Positions 36,526 through 45,969 of a DNA stretch of 64,000 nucleotides are shown one piece after another (the stretch's first letter is position 1; every line of letters begins with the position of its first letter). The notes under the pieces are model-generated. The model was not told where the DNA came from and ran no database searches. It saw only the letters and a program-made list of their open reading frames with translations. This DNA comes from Candidatus Latescibacterota bacterium. GTDB lineage: Bacteria > Latescibacterota > UBA2968 > UBA8231. The translations under genes and the position numbers were made by a program. The stretch is taken from contig OY730476.1 in NCBI GenBank assembly GCA_963422735.1, positions 256,001 through 320,000 on the forward strand, given 5' to 3'.

Positions 36526-39300
36526 ATGCGTGGTTGGGCTTGGGTCGCGCTCGCTTGGATGCTGGCGGCCTCGGCCGCTGCTGCCCAGGGCTTTGGCCGA
36601 AACAAGGTGCAGTACGCGGAGTTCGCGTGGCGAAAGATGGAGACCGCGCACTTTGACGTGTACTTCTTTGCCGAAGAGGCCGAGCTGGCCGCGTATGCCG
36701 CGCAGATGGCCGAGCGTCAGTTCGCCGACTTGGAAAAGAAATTCGCCCACACGGTGCAGCGGCGGGTGCCGCTAGTGGTCTATTCCTCGCACATCTACTT
36801 TGAACAGACGAATATCATCCCCAATCTCCTGCCCGAGGGGGTAGCGGGTTTCACCGAATACCTCAAGGGACGGGTCGCCCTGCCGCTGAGCGGCTCTCTA
36901 CCCGAGTTTGAGCGGGTGCTGCACCACGAGTTGGTCCACGTCTTCGCGTTTGACCGGATTGCGCGGGTGCTGGCGCGGCACGGGGTGTTGGACTTCCGCC
37001 CGGCGCCCCTGTGGTTTTCAGAAGGGCTGGCCGAGTACTGGTCGAGCGAGCGCACCAGCTTTGGCGACATGGTGGTGCGCGACGCGCTCTTTGCGCGGCG
37101 GCTGGTGCCCATCGCCGAGATGTACCGCATCTACGGCACCTATCAGATGTACAAGGAAGGCGAGTCGATCTGCCACTTTATGGCGGCGCGGCACGGGGCC
37201 GATGTGTTCGAACAGCTCTTTGCCAATTGGTGGCGCGGCGAGAGTTTTGCCGAAATTTTCGCAATCACCACCGGCGAGAGCTTGGAGAAGTTCGATCGGG
37301 CTTGGCAATACCATCTGCACAAGCGCCACCTGCCCGCGATTGCCGACCGCGATCCCCCGTCCGAATTGGCCACCGCCCGCACGCAGCGCGGCTTTAACCT
37401 AAAGCCCGAAATCGTTCCTGGAGACAGCAGTGCGTTCTACTACTTCCGCAACGATCAAGGCTATACGCAGATCGTCCGCGCGCACCGCGATGGCCGTGAG
37501 CCCGAGGTCGTGGTCGAAGGCGAGCGCCTACCGGTTTTTGAGTCCCTGCATCCGCTTTCGACGCGGCTGGCCGCCTCCCCGGACGGCAAGTGGCTGGCCT
37601 TTGCGGCCAAGAGCCGGGGTCGCGATCACCTGTACATCTGGGATGTGGAACAAAAGCGTGCGGTGGGGGATTTGTCGTTTGCTGAGATCGTCGCGATTGC
37701 GTCGCCGTCGTTTGCGCCTGATGGGCAGCGGCTGGCCTTTGCCGGCAGCGACGAAGGGGGCTGGACCGACATTTATCTGGTCGATGTAACAGGCGATAGC
37801 CTCCGCGCCTTGCGCCGCGACATTTATCACGACCGCGACCCCGACTGGTCGCCGGATGGTCGGTATATCGTCTTTAGTTCCGATCGCTGGCCTGGGGGGC
37901 GGCGCGGCCGCTACAATTTGTTCCTGTGCGATTTGGCGACCGAGCAGATCTCGGCCCTCAGCCGCGGCGAGCACAACGACGGGCAGCCGCGCTGGTCGCC
38001 GGACGGTGAGCGCATCGTCTTCAGCTCCGACCGCGCTGGCGCGTACAACATCTACGCTTTACAACTAGCGGACGAGCGCACTGCGACCCGGCGGTTGACC
38101 CGCGTGTTGACGGGTGCGTTTGATCCGGTGCTATTGGCCGACGGCCAGCACCTGCTCTTTTCCGGATACGAAAGCGGAGGCTTCCAGATATACGAGCTCG
38201 CCGTGGACTGGGCCGACAGCGCGGAGGTCAGCTATCAGCGCGTGGAGGAAGCACCGGCTGAGCCGTGGTCGCTAGCGGGCCTGCACGGTCAGAGCGAAGT
38301 CGCCAGCCGGCCCTATGAGCGCAAGATGAGCCTCGACATAGCCCAAGGCCAGATCTCGCAGGATCCGGAATTTGGCACTTCGGGCGGCATCCAAATGGCC
38401 CTGAGCGACGTGCTGGGCAACGACCAGTACCACTTCGTGCTTTCGCACGTTGCCGCCAGCCGATCCAGCTTCTTCGATGGCCTGAACGTGGCCTTGACGC
38501 GCTTCCACCTCGGCCAGCGACTCAACGTATATTGGGGTGCGTTCCGGCTCAACGACCGCTTTTCGAGCCGCTTTGGCCGGTTTGTACGCGAAAAGCGCCT
38601 CGGTGTCCACATTGGGTTGAGCTATCCCTTTTCCCAGCACAACCGCATCGACACCCGGCTCTCGCTGCGCCGCGCCGAAATCGACCGGCAATTCGAGGGG
38701 CGGAAGCTGTCGGGCTGGCTGGCCAACAACTACGTCAGCTATACCCACGACAGCAGCCTGTGGATTCCGACCGGACCGTTGGAGGGCCGGCGCTATAGCT
38801 TTGGGCTGGCGCAGACGATTGACTTTAAGACCTCGCGGCAGTTCAATATCGCGCTCTTTGGCGACTACCGGCACTACTTTCGCCTCTCGCAGCGCAGCGC
38901 GTTGGCCGTGCGCCTGATGGGCCGGCGCTCCACCGGCGCAGTGCCCGAGTTTTTCTCCTTGGGGGGCAGTTGGACACTGCGGGGCTATCGCTGGCGCTCG
39001 CTGTGGGGCAGCAAGATGGTGCTATACAACCAAGAGTTGCGCTTCCCCTTGGTCGATCGGTTCTTGCTCCGCTTTCCGTTTGGGGCCATGGAGTTCAGTG
39101 CCTTCCGGGGGGCGCTCTTTTTCGATGTGGGCAATGCGTGGAACGACGACTTCGACCAATGGCGTGCGGCGTTTGGCGCGGGGGTGCGCTTGGCCTTGGG
39201 CGGGGTTTTCGTCTTTCGCGTGGATGCGGCACGGCGCACGGACTTCAAGTCCATAGATGACGACACGCGCTGGGACTTCTTCTTTGGCTGGGATTATTGA
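36526..39300 (+). CDS. Peptidase(HExxH)-TolB propeller-Omp85 barrel fusion outer-membrane protein
   Basis: FGRNKVQY, HHELVH..WFSEGLAEY, PD40 repeats (P.WSPDG..IVFSSDR), LRGY, FFDVGNAW and terminal FFFGWDY. Confidence 0.8.
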   Translation: MRGWAWVALAWMLAASAAAAQGFGRNKVQYAEFAWRKMETAHFDVYFFAEEAELAAYAAQMAERQFADLEKKFAHTVQRRVPLVVYSSHIYFEQTNIIPNLLPEGVAGFTEYLKGRVALPLSGSLPEFERVLHHELVHVFAFDRIARVLARHGVLDFRPAPLWFSEGLAEYWSSERTSFGDMVVRDALFARRLVPIAEMYRIYGTYQMYKEGESICHFMAARHGADVFEQLFANWWRGESFAEIFAITTGESLEKFDRAWQYHLHKRHLPAIADRDPPSELATARTQRGFNLKPEIVPGDSSAFYYFRNDQGYTQIVRAHRDGREPEVVVEGERLPVFESLHPLSTRLAASPDGKWLAFAAKSRGRDHLYIWDVEQKRAVGDLSFAEIVAIASPSFAPDGQRLAFAGSDEGGWTDIYLVDVTGDSLRALRRDIYHDRDPDWSPDGRYIVFSSDRWPGGRRGRYNLFLCDLATEQISALSRGEHNDGQPRWSPDGERIVFSSDRAGAYNIYALQLADERTATRRLTRVLTGAFDPVLLADGQHLLFSGYESGGFQIYELAVDWADSAEVSYQRVEEAPAEPWSLAGLHGQSEVASRPYERKMSLDIAQGQISQDPEFGTSGGIQMALSDVLGNDQYHFVLSHVAASRSSFFDGLNVALTRFHLGQRLNVYWGAFRLNDRFSSRFGRFVREKRLGVHIGLSYPFSQHNRIDTRLSLRRAEIDRQFEGRKLSGWLANNYVSYTHDSSLWIPTGPLEGRRYSFGLAQTIDFKTSRQFNIALFGDYRHYFRLSQRSALAVRLMGRRSTGAVPEFFSLGGSWTLRGYRWRSLWGSKMVLYNQELRFPLVDRFLLRFPFGAMEFSAFRGALFFDVGNAWNDDFDQWRAAFGAGVRLALGGVFVFRVDAARRTDFKSIDDDTRWDFFFGWDY

Positions 39301-40361
39301 TGCGCTACGCCCTGATCGGATTCTGCCTTTTGACGGCTTGTGGCGAAAAGGTGCTCTACCTCGGCGAGCCGGGGCGTGGCGCGGTGGGAGTTGAGCCGCC
39401 GCTGCAACTTTTATGGACGCACAAAATGGACGGCTCGCCGCTGGGGGGTGCGCTCTTTGCCGGTGACCTGATCCTACAACTGACCACTGCGCCCACCCTC
39501 TATGCGTTGGACCGGCGCCACGGTGCTTTGTTGGGCAAGCATGGATACGACAAGATGGCGTGTGTCCCTGGGCGGTTGGCCGGGGCGCTGTACGCGCTGG
39601 GGGTGCTGGGCCGCAAACCTAGCGTACGGGTTTTGGATCGGCGGACTGCGGCCGAGCGTTGGCGGCATGAGGGGGTGTTTTGTCAGGTGCCGGCCGTGCG
39701 CGGCGATACCCTGATCGCGATTGATGATGAAGGCGTGGTACAGGCACTACGTCTCGCCGATGGGCATTTGCTGTGGCGCGCCGAATTAGGCGGGCTAGCG
39801 CGGACCGGGTTATCGCTGAGCGGCGATCTCGCGGTTGCCAGTACCGCGGCCGGGGACTTGGTGGCCCTGAGCGCGGCAACCGGCCGCGAGCACTGGCGCA
39901 CGAGCTTGGGGGAAGCCGTGCGCACGAGGCCCGTACCCGCTGGCGAGTACGTAGTTTCGGCGACGGCTTCCGGCCGGGTACTCGCCGTGCGCCGCGACTC
40001 CGGCCGGGTGGTGTGGGAGCGAGCCTTGGGCGCGCTGCCGACTGAGGATCTGGCGCTGGCCACTGGCGTGTTGGTGGTCGGTTGCGCCGACCGCCACTTC
40101 TATGGGTTAGACGCGGCCACCGGAGCAGTGCGGTGGACGTTTGCCACCGAAGGCGTGGTGCGGAGCAGCCCGGCCGCCACGGAGCACACCGCGTATGGTG
40201 CTTCTAGCGACGGCCATCTCTACGCCTTGGATCTCCAAGGCGGGCACCTGTTGTGGAAATACCGTTTGGACGGCCCCGTCTTGGCACCAGTGGCGTTGGG
40301 CGCGGAGGTTGTCTCCGTCGCCACCGAGAAGCGGATTCTCTACGTGTTTGGACGCCGCTGA
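39300..40361 (+). CDS. PQQ-type beta-propeller lipoprotein (BamB-like)
   Basis: LTAC lipobox; repeated ALD..TG...W and SSP motifs. Confidence 0.8.
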   Translation: MRYALIGFCLLTACGEKVLYLGEPGRGAVGVEPPLQLLWTHKMDGSPLGGALFAGDLILQLTTAPTLYALDRRHGALLGKHGYDKMACVPGRLAGALYALGVLGRKPSVRVLDRRTAAERWRHEGVFCQVPAVRGDTLIAIDDEGVVQALRLADGHLLWRAELGGLARTGLSLSGDLAVASTAAGDLVALSAATGREHWRTSLGEAVRTRPVPAGEYVVSATASGRVLAVRRDSGRVVWERALGALPTEDLALATGVLVVGCADRHFYGLDAATGAVRWTFATEGVVRSSPAATEHTAYGASSDGHLYALDLQGGHLLWKYRLDGPVLAPVALGAEVVSVATEKRILYVFGRR

Positions 40362-40375
40362 GAGAGGGAAACTGC

Positions 40376-40810
40376 ATGGATAAGACGATTGCTTGGTGCT
40401 TGGTATTGGCCACGAGTACGCCGGCGTGGACCGAGCCGTTGCCGTTGCCGCGGTGGCTGGTCCAATTGGAAGCGGTCTTAGCGGCACAATGGGCCCAGCG
40501 GCCGATGCTCGGCCAGCGGTTGATGCCAACCATGTCTTCGGCTCCGAAAAAGAAGAAACGCTCGCGCAAGAAGCTCTACTTGAGCGCGGCCTTGACTGTG
40601 GGGGCTGGTGCGGTGGCCTACTGGAGCAAGGCGCGGGCCGACGCTGCGTACGACCGCTATTTGCGTTCGGCCAGCGTGGTGCGCCAGCGGCGCGAATTAG
40701 ACGCGGCCAAGCATTTTGACCGCGTGGCTGGTGTGGCGTTTGTCAGCATGGAAGTAGGCCTAGTACTCAGTTCGTACCTACTCTTTTTTAGGGTTTTTAG
40801 AGAACAATAA
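40376..40810 (+). CDS. Hypothetical membrane protein
   Basis: RBS GAGAGGG; two hydrophobic segments around AD.AYD.Y. Confidence 0.6.
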   Translation: MDKTIAWCLVLATSTPAWTEPLPLPRWLVQLEAVLAAQWAQRPMLGQRLMPTMSSAPKKKKRSRKKLYLSAALTVGAGAVAYWSKARADAAYDRYLRSASVVRQRRELDAAKHFDRVAGVAFVSMEVGLVLSSYLLFFRVFREQ

Positions 40811-41084
40811 AGAACAATGCACCGATGCTAATGCTGCCCCATCTTTCTTCCTGCACATAATCCTGGTTGACCCTGCCTACCTTCCCGACTACCGCAGGAG
40901 ATACGATTTCGACAACATGGATTTCTACTTTGACCCCTACGGATTTGCGGACGATGGGCGCTGTGTCGCGACGCGCCGGCTTCCCGACTACGACATCGCC
41001 CGCATCCGCACCGGCCAGTTCACCGCTGAGGGACAGCTATGGAAGGGCGAGCACCGCTTTGGCGGGAAGGATGCAACGCCATGA
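40809..41084 (+). pseudogene. Start-less C-terminal domain paralogous to 42980-43423
   Basis: KEQC...FFLHII...FDNMDFYF...RCVA...LPDYDIARIRTGQF...LW; its stop overlaps the ATG at 41081. Confidence 0.75.
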
Positions 41085-42874
41085 GGCGCTTCAGAATCGA
41101 CCGGTTCACCGTGCTTCTGGCGGCAATCGGCGCGCTGGCCGGCGGGCTCGTCCTGTTGCGCATGGCCAACTATGGCGTGGACGCCATCGAGACCGCGACA
41201 TTCGAGCTTGAACCGATCGCCGATGGCGCGGCATTCGCGAAGCGGACCGATCTGGCCCCGGGCGACACCCTCGAACTGGCCGTCCATGCAAAGAACGCCC
41301 GCCGCCTAACCTTCCAGATAGAGCGAATCGGGCGGAAATATGAGCACCAGCCCGCGGAACACTGTTATGACGGGATCGGCGGGGATGCCATAGCGGATTA
41401 TCCGGTTCAGATAGGTTGCCCTTCCAGCCATATACGGAGAGGCTGGTTCAACTGCCGTTCACGCAACGGCGTATGGCTTGCGTCCGTGAACAGCGACGCT
41501 GAATGCCGATGGTTCAGGCTGCGGCTACCGCAGCCGCCAAGTTACCAGCCCTACACGCCCCCCCCAAGTTACCAGCCCTACACGCCCCCCCCAAGTCCCT
41601 TACCCCCACTTTCCCTAATGGCAGGCCCACAGCCCGCGCCGGTGATTCAGGAATTCCGCGGCAACCGCTATGTGTCGTTTGCCACGTGGGAATACAACGT
41701 TAAGGTGCCCATTCCGGAAGACTGGCCAAATGGCTTCTACAGATTCGTTGTGTTCTCTCCCAATGGAGCCGTGCAAGAAAGGGTACCGTTCCATGTTGAG
41801 AACCTATCCAAGCCGGCGGCGGTATGCTTCGTGGCCTCGTACCTGACTGCGGCGGCGTACAATACCGCCTTTAGAGCGAGCCTTTACAAAGGGTTCGACG
41901 GGGATGCGTACCAGTCCAAGTTGCGAGCTTCCGCCGTCACCATGCAGCGGCCGCGAAGCGCCTATTATTCCCATATCTGGCCGGCTATGAAATTTCTCGA
42001 ACGTTTGGATGTACCAATCCGCTATACAACGACCCTGGCGGTTCACAAAGACCCGACCTTGCTCGATGGGTGCCGCGCTATCGTTCTAGCCTTTCATCCC
42101 GAGTACATATCGGCCCGGCTGCGTAATGCCATTGTGGAGGCCATCGAGCGGGGTGTGCATCTGTTGTCCTTCTCCGCCAATGCCTTCTACTGGCGGGTGG
42201 AGTTGGATCAAGACGCCTACGGCCACGACATCATGATCCTTGATAGGGCTGGCGGCGATCAGTGGAGAAACCAGGGCGCTTTATTCAGCGAACAAAACAT
42301 CTTCGGAGCCCAGTATATAAGTGGCGCTTGGGGCGGCGAACCTATGCCCTTTGTTGTGGAACCCCGTATGGGCGCCCATGAAACGCCGGACCCGGGACTT
42401 ATGTCACATTGGATATTCGAGGGCACGGGATTGCGTTTCGGAGACAGAATCGCCGACCTAATGAGCGGGGAGGTTGACTCGCTTGATCCGTCCTTCCCTG
42501 TTCCTGACGTGCAGGAGCGGATTGTGTTCCTCTCCCCTTACTACAATAAAGAAGGGAAAGAGTTCATGGCGCACACGTCGTACTTCATGCGCCCGAACGG
42601 CCAGATGACTTTTCATTCCGCATCGCTACGATTCCAGCACGCCCTGGCGTCCGCAAAGGAATCGGAAAGGAAAATCCAGCGGATGATCGAAAATATCCTG
42701 CAGCGGATGCTAAATCTGGACGATAGCAACGCCGTCAGCTATGACCGGTCTCGTCTGCACGATGGCTCTATCTGGACCAATCGCGGCAATATGCTCCGTT
42801 TCCTGACGGATAGGGGGAAAGAGGTCTACTCACTGCCGACCTCTCTGCCGCATCCGGACAACGTGCGCTACTAG
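41081..42874 (+). CDS. Membrane-anchored N,N-dimethylformamidase beta-subunit-like protein
   Basis: W....IP.DWP.G.Y, T..AYN...SLY, RP, HPEY.S, SANAFYW.V, HWIFEGTGL..GD and GEVD. Confidence 0.7.
   Translation: MRRFRIDRFTVLLAAIGALAGGLVLLRMANYGVDAIETATFELEPIADGAAFAKRTDLAPGDTLELAVHAKNARRLTFQIERIGRKYEHQPAEHCYDGIGGDAIADYPVQIGCPSSHIRRGWFNCRSRNGVWLASVNSDAECRWFRLRLPQPPSYQPYTPPPSYQPYTPPPSPLPPLSLMAGPQPAPVIQEFRGNRYVSFATWEYNVKVPIPEDWPNGFYRFVVFSPNGAVQERVPFHVENLSKPAAVCFVASYLTAAAYNTAFRASLYKGFDGDAYQSKLRASAVTMQRPRSAYYSHIWPAMKFLERLDVPIRYTTTLAVHKDPTLLDGCRAIVLAFHPEYISARLRNAIVEAIERGVHLLSFSANAFYWRVELDQDAYGHDIMILDRAGGDQWRNQGALFSEQNIFGAQYISGAWGGEPMPFVVEPRMGAHETPDPGLMSHWIFEGTGLRFGDRIADLMSGEVDSLDPSFPVPDVQERIVFLSPYYNKEGKEFMAHTSYFMRPNGQMTFHSASLRFQHALASAKESERKIQRMIENILQRMLNLDDSNAVSYDRSRLHDGSIWTNRGNMLRFLTDRGKEVYSLPTSLPHPDNVRY
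41537..41596 (+). repeat. 27-bp tandem repeat (PSYQPYTPP x2) with poly-C tracts
   Basis: CCAAGTTACCAGCCCTACACGCCCCCC twice, plus a partial third unit. Confidence 0.9.
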
Positions 42875-42979
42875 ATCGGCTGTGGTGCCACAAGATTTAA
42901 TGCGTATTTCGTCTGGCTCTACGACGCAGAAACGTGTTGCGAATACGGACCCAAGGAGCTTGCCGCATCGTTGCCCGGC

Positions 42980-43423
42980 ATGCAGGTCGAGGCGACTCTG
43001 GAGGATGGAATCATATTCAAGATCAGCAAGGATTCATGCAACAATACGGAACATCTGGATAAAAAGACAATTCTGGAGACTATCGGCGAGGACGCCCAAC
43101 TGCTTGCCCGCTCTGACTTTAATGTGTATAAGGACAAGAACGAAAACAGGCTGATTTACGTCCGGGAGGAATGTGGCGGCGAAGATAGTCGCCCTGAATT
43201 TTTTCTGCACATCTTCCCCGTGAACAGAGCAGACCTCCCTGCAGAGCGCCGCCGCTTTACTTATGACAATTTGGATTTTTGCTTTGATTATCACGGGTTT
43301 CATGACGGCGTGCGCTGCGTGGCGGTGCGCCACCTTCCCGACTATCCCATTGCCCGCATCCGCACCGGCCAGTTCATACAGGGTCAAGGCAGACTGTGGA
43401 CGAGTGAATTCAGTCCCGATTGA
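42980..43423 (+). CDS. Hypothetical protein or fragment with an FFLH...LPDYPIARIRTGQF domain
   Basis: RS.FNVY..NRLIYVRE.C...FFLHIFP...DNLDF...LPDYPIARIRTGQF. Confidence 0.6.
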   Translation: MQVEATLEDGIIFKISKDSCNNTEHLDKKTILETIGEDAQLLARSDFNVYKDKNENRLIYVREECGGEDSRPEFFLHIFPVNRADLPAERRRFTYDNLDFCFDYHGFHDGVRCVAVRHLPDYPIARIRTGQFIQGQGRLWTSEFSPD

Positions 43424-43511
43424 TGGACAGTCTCATCGTGACCGAAAACCACAAGCCGCAACGTGAAACGCCATGAAGCCCGCTGATTACTTCTTTTTTA
43501 GGTCTTAGGTC

Positions 43512-44783
43512 TTGAGAAACGGTCTCTGGATAGGGTACTGCCTCGGTGCGCTGGTGCTGGTCTTGGCTTGCAGCGACCGCCCGCGCCACAATCCCCTCGA
43601 CCCGCAAGCCGAGGACCCGCAGAGCGAGTCGTTTAGTGCTTTGACGGCCTTGGCGCTCGACAGCCAAGTCGAGTTGCGATGGAACTTTTCCCGCTTCTTC
43701 GACATAGAAGGCTACCGACTCTACCGCCGTCAGCCCGAGGGCGAGTGGGAGCCGCTCACCCCGGTGCTGGCCCCAACGGCGACCGCGTATGCGGACCCCG
43801 AGGTAGAAAACGGGATAAACTACGAGTACCAACTCAGCTTGCTCATCGCCGGGGAAGACGAGCGTCCTGGCGGCAGGCCCGTGCCTGCTACGCCCGGCCC
43901 GGAAGTCGCTTGGGTGGCCGACCGCCACTCCGGGCTGGTGTGGAAAATCAGTGCGGATGCGCGCAGTGTGCATTTTGCACAGGGGCGTTTTTTCGACTTG
44001 GCGACGATTGCGCTCGACGTGGCCGATGGTTCGTGTTGGGTCAGCGACCGGGGGTTTGCTGGGCTGTACAGGATTTCGGGCGACGGCGCGTTGGCGGCAC
44101 TGGCCGCGGCCGTGGAGACGCCCGGGGACTTGGCCATTGATGCCAAAGCGCGGATTGGCTGGCTGATCGACGCGGGGCGGCAGCGGGTCTTTTGGTTTTA
44201 CACGCCTGAAGGCGCGGTGAAGCCCTTGTCCGCGGGTGATTCGCTCGCCCTCTTTCCGGTCGATGCTACCTTTGCCCGGCCCGTGGCGTTGGCCGCGCAG
44301 GCTGGGGGCTGCTGGATCGCCGACCAAGCCCAAGGCCGCGTGCTGTTCTACCAGACCAACGGCACCCGCGCCGCTGAATTCCGTGCGCTCGCAGCCCCCG
44401 AGGCACTGGTGGCTGGCGTGGAGGGGGCCGCGTGGTTGTTGGGGGATGATGGGCACAGCTTGACGCGGTTGGACCGCACGGGTGTCGTTATCAACGTGGA
44501 GTTGCCTTTTGCCGCGGCCATGGGTCTGGCCGTGGATGGTGCGACCGGCGACTGCTGGGTGCTAGGGGAACGGGATCTGGCCGTGTTCTCGGCCGGCGGG
44601 GCCTTGGAGCAGCATTGGACCGACGTGCCCGGAGGCAGCGGCCTGTCCTTCGACGCGGTGCAGCGACGGGCTTGGATTGCGACCGGCAACGCGCTGTTGA
44701 AATTCTCGGCCGAGGGCCGGCCCCTTGCGCGGCTCGACGGCTTTTCGTCCATCGTCCGCATTGCCGTGGATCCAGGCCGCTGA
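43512..44783 (+). CDS. Lipoprotein with an FN3-like domain and an NHL-like beta-propeller
   Basis: LAC lipobox, NPLDP, V.L.W..GY.LYR and repeated CWV(S/A)D motifs. Confidence 0.7.
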   Translation: MRNGLWIGYCLGALVLVLACSDRPRHNPLDPQAEDPQSESFSALTALALDSQVELRWNFSRFFDIEGYRLYRRQPEGEWEPLTPVLAPTATAYADPEVENGINYEYQLSLLIAGEDERPGGRPVPATPGPEVAWVADRHSGLVWKISADARSVHFAQGRFFDLATIALDVADGSCWVSDRGFAGLYRISGDGALAALAAAVETPGDLAIDAKARIGWLIDAGRQRVFWFYTPEGAVKPLSAGDSLALFPVDATFARPVALAAQAGGCWIADQAQGRVLFYQTNGTRAAEFRALAAPEALVAGVEGAAWLLGDDGHSLTRLDRTGVVINVELPFAAAMGLAVDGATGDCWVLGERDLAVFSAGGALEQHWTDVPGGSGLSFDAVQRRAWIATGNALLKFSAEGRPLARLDGFSSIVRIAVDPGR

Positions 44784-44830
44784 GGCCGCTAGTTCTCTCT
44801 TGCATGGGATTTGCTCCTTAGCGACCTTCC

Positions 44831-44988
44831 TTAGTGGTTAGTGATCAGTGATCAGTGATCAGTGATCAGTGGCCAGTCCCAGCCTCCCCGGACCGGTGGT
44901 GCGGGGACTAACCACAGACCACAGACCACAGACCACAGACCACAGACCACAGACCACAGACCACAGACCACAGACCACAGACCACTAA
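44831..44988. repeat. Inverted pair of heptamer tandem arrays around a GC-rich core
   Basis: Six YAGTGRY units (44832-44873), a core AGTCCC...GGGACT, ten ACCACAG units (44911-44980) plus ACCACTA; outer ends TTAGTGGT/ACCACTAA. Confidence 0.92.
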
Positions 44989-44992
44989 CATT

Positions 44993-45961
44993 ATGACCCA
45001 GCAAGGCCCCATTCACAGCATGACCGGCTTTGGCCGCGCCGCGGCCAAACGGCAAGGTTTGCGGCTCGCCGTTGAGTTGCGATCGATTAACAGCCGCTAC
45101 CTCGATATACAGGTGCGCTGCCCGGCCGACCTCCAGTCCTTTGAGTCGGCCATCCGCGAGCGGATTCAGGCGCAGATCGGCCGCGGCAAGATAAGCGCGC
45201 ACATCGCTTGGGAGGAAGAAAGCCAGCCAGAGGCCCTGCCCCAGCTAGACGAGGAAGCCGCCAAGCACTATCTGGCTCAACTGCGGCGGCTAGCTGAATT
45301 GGCCCACATCGAAGCCGCGGAGGGCCGGGCAAGCCTGCCTCGGCGGAAGGCGTTTTTTGCTCGCTTTAAAGGGCTAGAGCAACTCGACATGGGGATCGAG
45401 CGGGTGCTGCTGGCAAAGCTGCCCAAGCTCTTTCGCGTCCAAGCCCCAGAGCTGGATAGCGCGGTTGTGCAAAAAGTACTGTGGGCGGGGTTGGACGAAG
45501 CGCTGGCCGAGTTGGTAGCCATGCGTGCGACCGAAGGAGACGCTCTCGCCGCGGACTTGCGCGGCCGCGGCGAGGCGGTGGGGACGCATCTGGAGCGCGT
45601 GGCCGAGCGAGCGCAGGCGACCCGTGGGCAAGTCGCCGAGCGGCTGCGGGAAAAGGTCTCCGCCCTGCTCGCGCCCGGGGCGGTTGCCGAAGACCGCGTC
45701 GCCACGGAAATCGCCCTGATCGCCGAGCGCAGCGACATCGTCGAGGAGGTCGTTCGCTTCCGCAGCCACAACGTCCAGTTCCTCGACACCTTGGCGCGGG
45801 GTGGCGAAGTGGGGAAGCGCTTGAACTTTCTCTTGCAGGAAATGAACCGCGAAGCCAACACCATCAGCGCCAAGTCCGCAGATGCCGACATCGCCCATTG
45901 GGTGGTCGAGATCAAAGAGGAAGTCGAGCGTTTGCGCGAGCAGGTGCAAAACTTGGCGTGA
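44993..45961 (+). CDS. yicC: YicC/YloC endoribonuclease family protein
   Basis: SMTGFGR, ELRSINSRYLD, RGK, DIVEE..R..SH, GKRLNFLLQEMNREANTI and EQVQN. Confidence 0.93.
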   Translation: MTQQGPIHSMTGFGRAAAKRQGLRLAVELRSINSRYLDIQVRCPADLQSFESAIRERIQAQIGRGKISAHIAWEEESQPEALPQLDEEAAKHYLAQLRRLAELAHIEAAEGRASLPRRKAFFARFKGLEQLDMGIERVLLAKLPKLFRVQAPELDSAVVQKVLWAGLDEALAELVAMRATEGDALAADLRGRGEAVGTHLERVAERAQATRGQVAERLREKVSALLAPGAVAEDRVATEIALIAERSDIVEEVVRFRSHNVQFLDTLARGGEVGKRLNFLLQEMNREANTISAKSADADIAHWVVEIKEEVERLREQVQNLA

Positions 45962-45969
45962 AGGCATCC

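Larger units (their letters stand above)
40782..43502 (+). mobile_element. 2.7-kb island flanked by the 11-bp direct repeat TCTTTTTTAGG
   Basis: Repeat at 40782-40792 and 43492-43502; lower GC; starts with a gene fragment. Confidence 0.65.

Noticed and set aside
44852-45202. Minus-strand ORF with LWSVVCG repeats
   Set aside because: It is the translation of the heptamer array, antisense to yicC.
45481-45969. N-terminal extension of the 342-aa kinase ORF
   Set aside because: It overlaps yicC; the kinase motif begins after the ATG at 45970.
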